A stretch of 9,512 nt of DNA from Rotaria sp. (Eukaryota): assembly GCA_905331535.1 (NCBI GenBank), contig CAJNZB010000017.1:844090-853601 (forward strand), written 5' to 3'. Of this stretch, positions 7,057 through 9,512 are shown piece by piece. Positions within the stretch are counted from its first letter, which is position 1, and every line of letters begins with the position of its first letter. The position numbers and the translations under genes are program-made. Under the pieces are notes generated by a model, which was not told the DNA's origin, did not search any database, and saw only the letters and a list, made by a program, of their open reading frames with translations.

Positions 7057-9512
7057 AGAAAATCTCTTTATCCATTTATGATTCAACTGAATAATTGAAC
7101 GAATATTTCGTTTTTCGAATTATTAATAATAAATAAAAGAGATGCTAATTATTACTATCAGACATATCTTTAAAAAATATCTATAAACACTTCAATGAGA
7201 CGTATTCTTGAACTTTGCACCTTGATAATATAAAGATGAAAAATATTCTTTCGCTTTTTCTATTTTCTTGATGAAAGTTTTGATACATTTATGATTTTTA
7301 AGACAGAAATCATCGTAGAAATAGTAAGTGATGTAACGGATTAGTATAAATAATTAAATTGTATTTCAATCTATCGAAATATAACAAAATGTTTGAACAC
7401 GTGATTATGATTAACCAATAGATGTATGCAGAAAAAAAATCTTGCACACAATTAAAAGTTTTTAGCAAATATAAGCTTCAGTATTTTAGAGATAAACCTT
7501 CAATGGTTATACTAAGTAATGACTACAAAGGACTGCATGCTATTTTTTCTTTCTTTCAGATATATATATATATATTTGAATTATGGCGTCATTTTCTTAT
7601 TTAGAAAACTATCATGCCTCAATATTGCATTATTGGAATAAAAAATGTGCAATCTGCTTCTATTACTCATCGTGAAATAAACGTGCCACTAAGGAATGTT
7701 CATTAGAATATCAACAAATTCATTCTAACATAAGAGTGAAAACGTTCGAGAACGGTCGCTGCAAGTAACGACCAAAGACTCTATTGGCTGATAAATTCAA
7801 CTTAATGATGAAATAATGCTTAAAAAAATTAATACAATATATGCTTGGTTAAATCCATATTATCAAGTAATCGCTCTCTTCATTGGCATGAGCTTACACA
7901 GCTTCTTTGCTACAAAAACAGGTCCGTATACAGTAGACCAAGCAATATCAAAATAATGAGTGAATACAGAAGAACATATGTCACATGTCCCTTTGCATTA
8001 CCATCGATATACCGTGGTATTCATAAGAGCTGATGGACAGTAGATTGTCGGTCAGAAAACAGTTATTGGCATACCATATTAGAATGCTCATGTAATTCAA
8101 ACTGTTAGTAGACCATTCGGTAAAACGTGGGACATATCAGTGATAGTGCGAACAAATATACAACATAGGTAATGGCTTCAGGATTGTCAACTGTTTAAAT
8201 ATCAAACTATTGATGATTAATTGCTGATATAGCGCACATTGTATCAAACGGTTTATCGATAGTTTTCATTTAGTTCGAATCATCTAAGTGGACATATAGA
8301 TGGCCTTGAAATACACTGTGAAGAAAAGATAAGTAAATAAATTTCGGTGAACTTGGACATTTTTCATGGAAAAAAGTGTTAAAATATGAAAAAGAGCTGA
8401 TGCTGTAAACCATTCCAACGATGTGCATAGAAAACAAATGTTTTTTTTTCTTTTAAAAGTAAATTAATGAAATTTCGCATTATGGTGCCATGTAGTACTT
8501 TCTCTCTCGACCAATAAAATATTTTATGAAATAATTCAGGTAGGTATATATCAAGACAAATATTCTGAGAACCAAATGTGCAAGATTTGTTTGTAAACAT
8601 CTGTATTACTATAATTTTCTACAGAATACGTCTAAATTATGAAATCTAAAGTATGAATAATCTGTGAGAAACATTTTCTTTTCTTTTCTGTGTGCTTATT
8701 TAGATGTATTTTTTTATCAATATTCTGACTCATGAGTTTTCTTTTTTATTCCGATAAGAATTAATTGATTCTATTGATGTAACAATCATGATTTATTTTC
8801 TATTATTTCTTTCTTCTGTTTTTTTTTATCTTTCTTTAAGATGAAATTTATAAAAGAAAAAATCTCATGCTTCAATTCGATGACATCATAATAAATGATT
8901 AATTTAACTCAATTATGGTCTAAACAAGTAAATTATCTTATATGGTAAAGAGGAAATTTATTTTTTTAATCAAACAGACATCTTTAATTTATTTCCTTTT
9001 CCTGAAATATTCTTCGTTTGCTGATGATATTTCCTTGTTTAAATATACATAATCAATGTCATTTTAGGATCAATAGTATTAAAATTTAACGAGATGACAT
9101 ATATGGATGTATATGCATAAACAAACAGTAAACGAAACGATAGAAAGGAAAGTCTTTTTCACATAAGTGGAAAAAACTTTGAAATAAAAAGAACCAATAT
9201 GCGTCTCTATAGAAAAAGAAATTAAGTGAGAAAGAAAAAAAAAGACTTATTCTCAGTCACCGACGCTTCACTCTGCGGCAAGCGTATTCCGCTATTCTTT
9301 CTTTCTTTTTTTTTCTTTTTGCTCAATATTTATCATCGTTGTCTACACTTGTGCACACTGTTCTTTCTTTTTCTTTTTGATTTTTTACTTGTCTCATTTA
9401 TTTTTATTAAAAGCTGTTTTGCTTTCTTATTGTTGACAGACGTCGCGTTCTTCAATCACTGTATTCTTATTATTGTTGTATAGAAATTCATTATAGGTAT
9501 ATTAAACCGATA

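Noticed and set aside
7845-8033. 62 aa + ORF listed as starting with M
   Set aside because: The start codon is TTG, not ATG, and no family is recognised. Reported only as a weak relic candidate, not as a gene.
8379-8600. 73 aa - strand ORF (MFTNKSCTFGSQNICLDIYL...)
   Set aside because: Short, with no recognisable domain and no supporting gene context. Expected by chance in a multi-kb non-coding region.
9226-9483. 85 aa + ORF (MRKKKKDLFSV...FFLSFFFFLL...)
   Set aside because: The translation comes from low-complexity poly-A/poly-T tracts. The hydrophobic run is a composition artefact.
1-9512. CRISPR arrays, prokaryotic operons, phage or defence systems
   Set aside because: No spaced direct-repeat array and no prokaryotic gene organisation. 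The genes have spliceosomal introns and eukaryotic homologues.

Overview
This looks like an AT-rich, intron-containing eukaryotic window, probably from a small metazoan. Two + strand protein-coding genes can be reconstructed. Gene 1 (1216..4401, 4 exons) encodes a VIP36/LMAN2-type L-type lectin cargo receptor, predicted at 322 aa. Its introns are 56 bp, 2094 bp and 67 bp. Gene 2 (5958..6857, 2 exons separated by a 54 bp intron) encodes an MMADHC-like (cobalamin trafficking, cblD) protein, predicted at 281 aa. The oversized second intron of gene 1 contains a clean 240 bp element with perfect 12 bp terminal inverted repeats (CCCTTTGGCTAC...GTAGCCAAAGGG) flanked by TTAA on both sides. This is the signature of a non-autonomous piggyBac-like MITE. 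Other observations are an imperfect hairpin at 197..294, an inverted/direct repeat cluster at 5218..5514, a possible 5' non-coding exon or trans-splice site upstream of gene 1, and a purine/pyrimidine fold-back at the right edge. The region 7100..9512 has no coding gene I can support. I found no evidence for a wholly new biological system. Homology statements rest on remembered family sequences and were not checked by any search.
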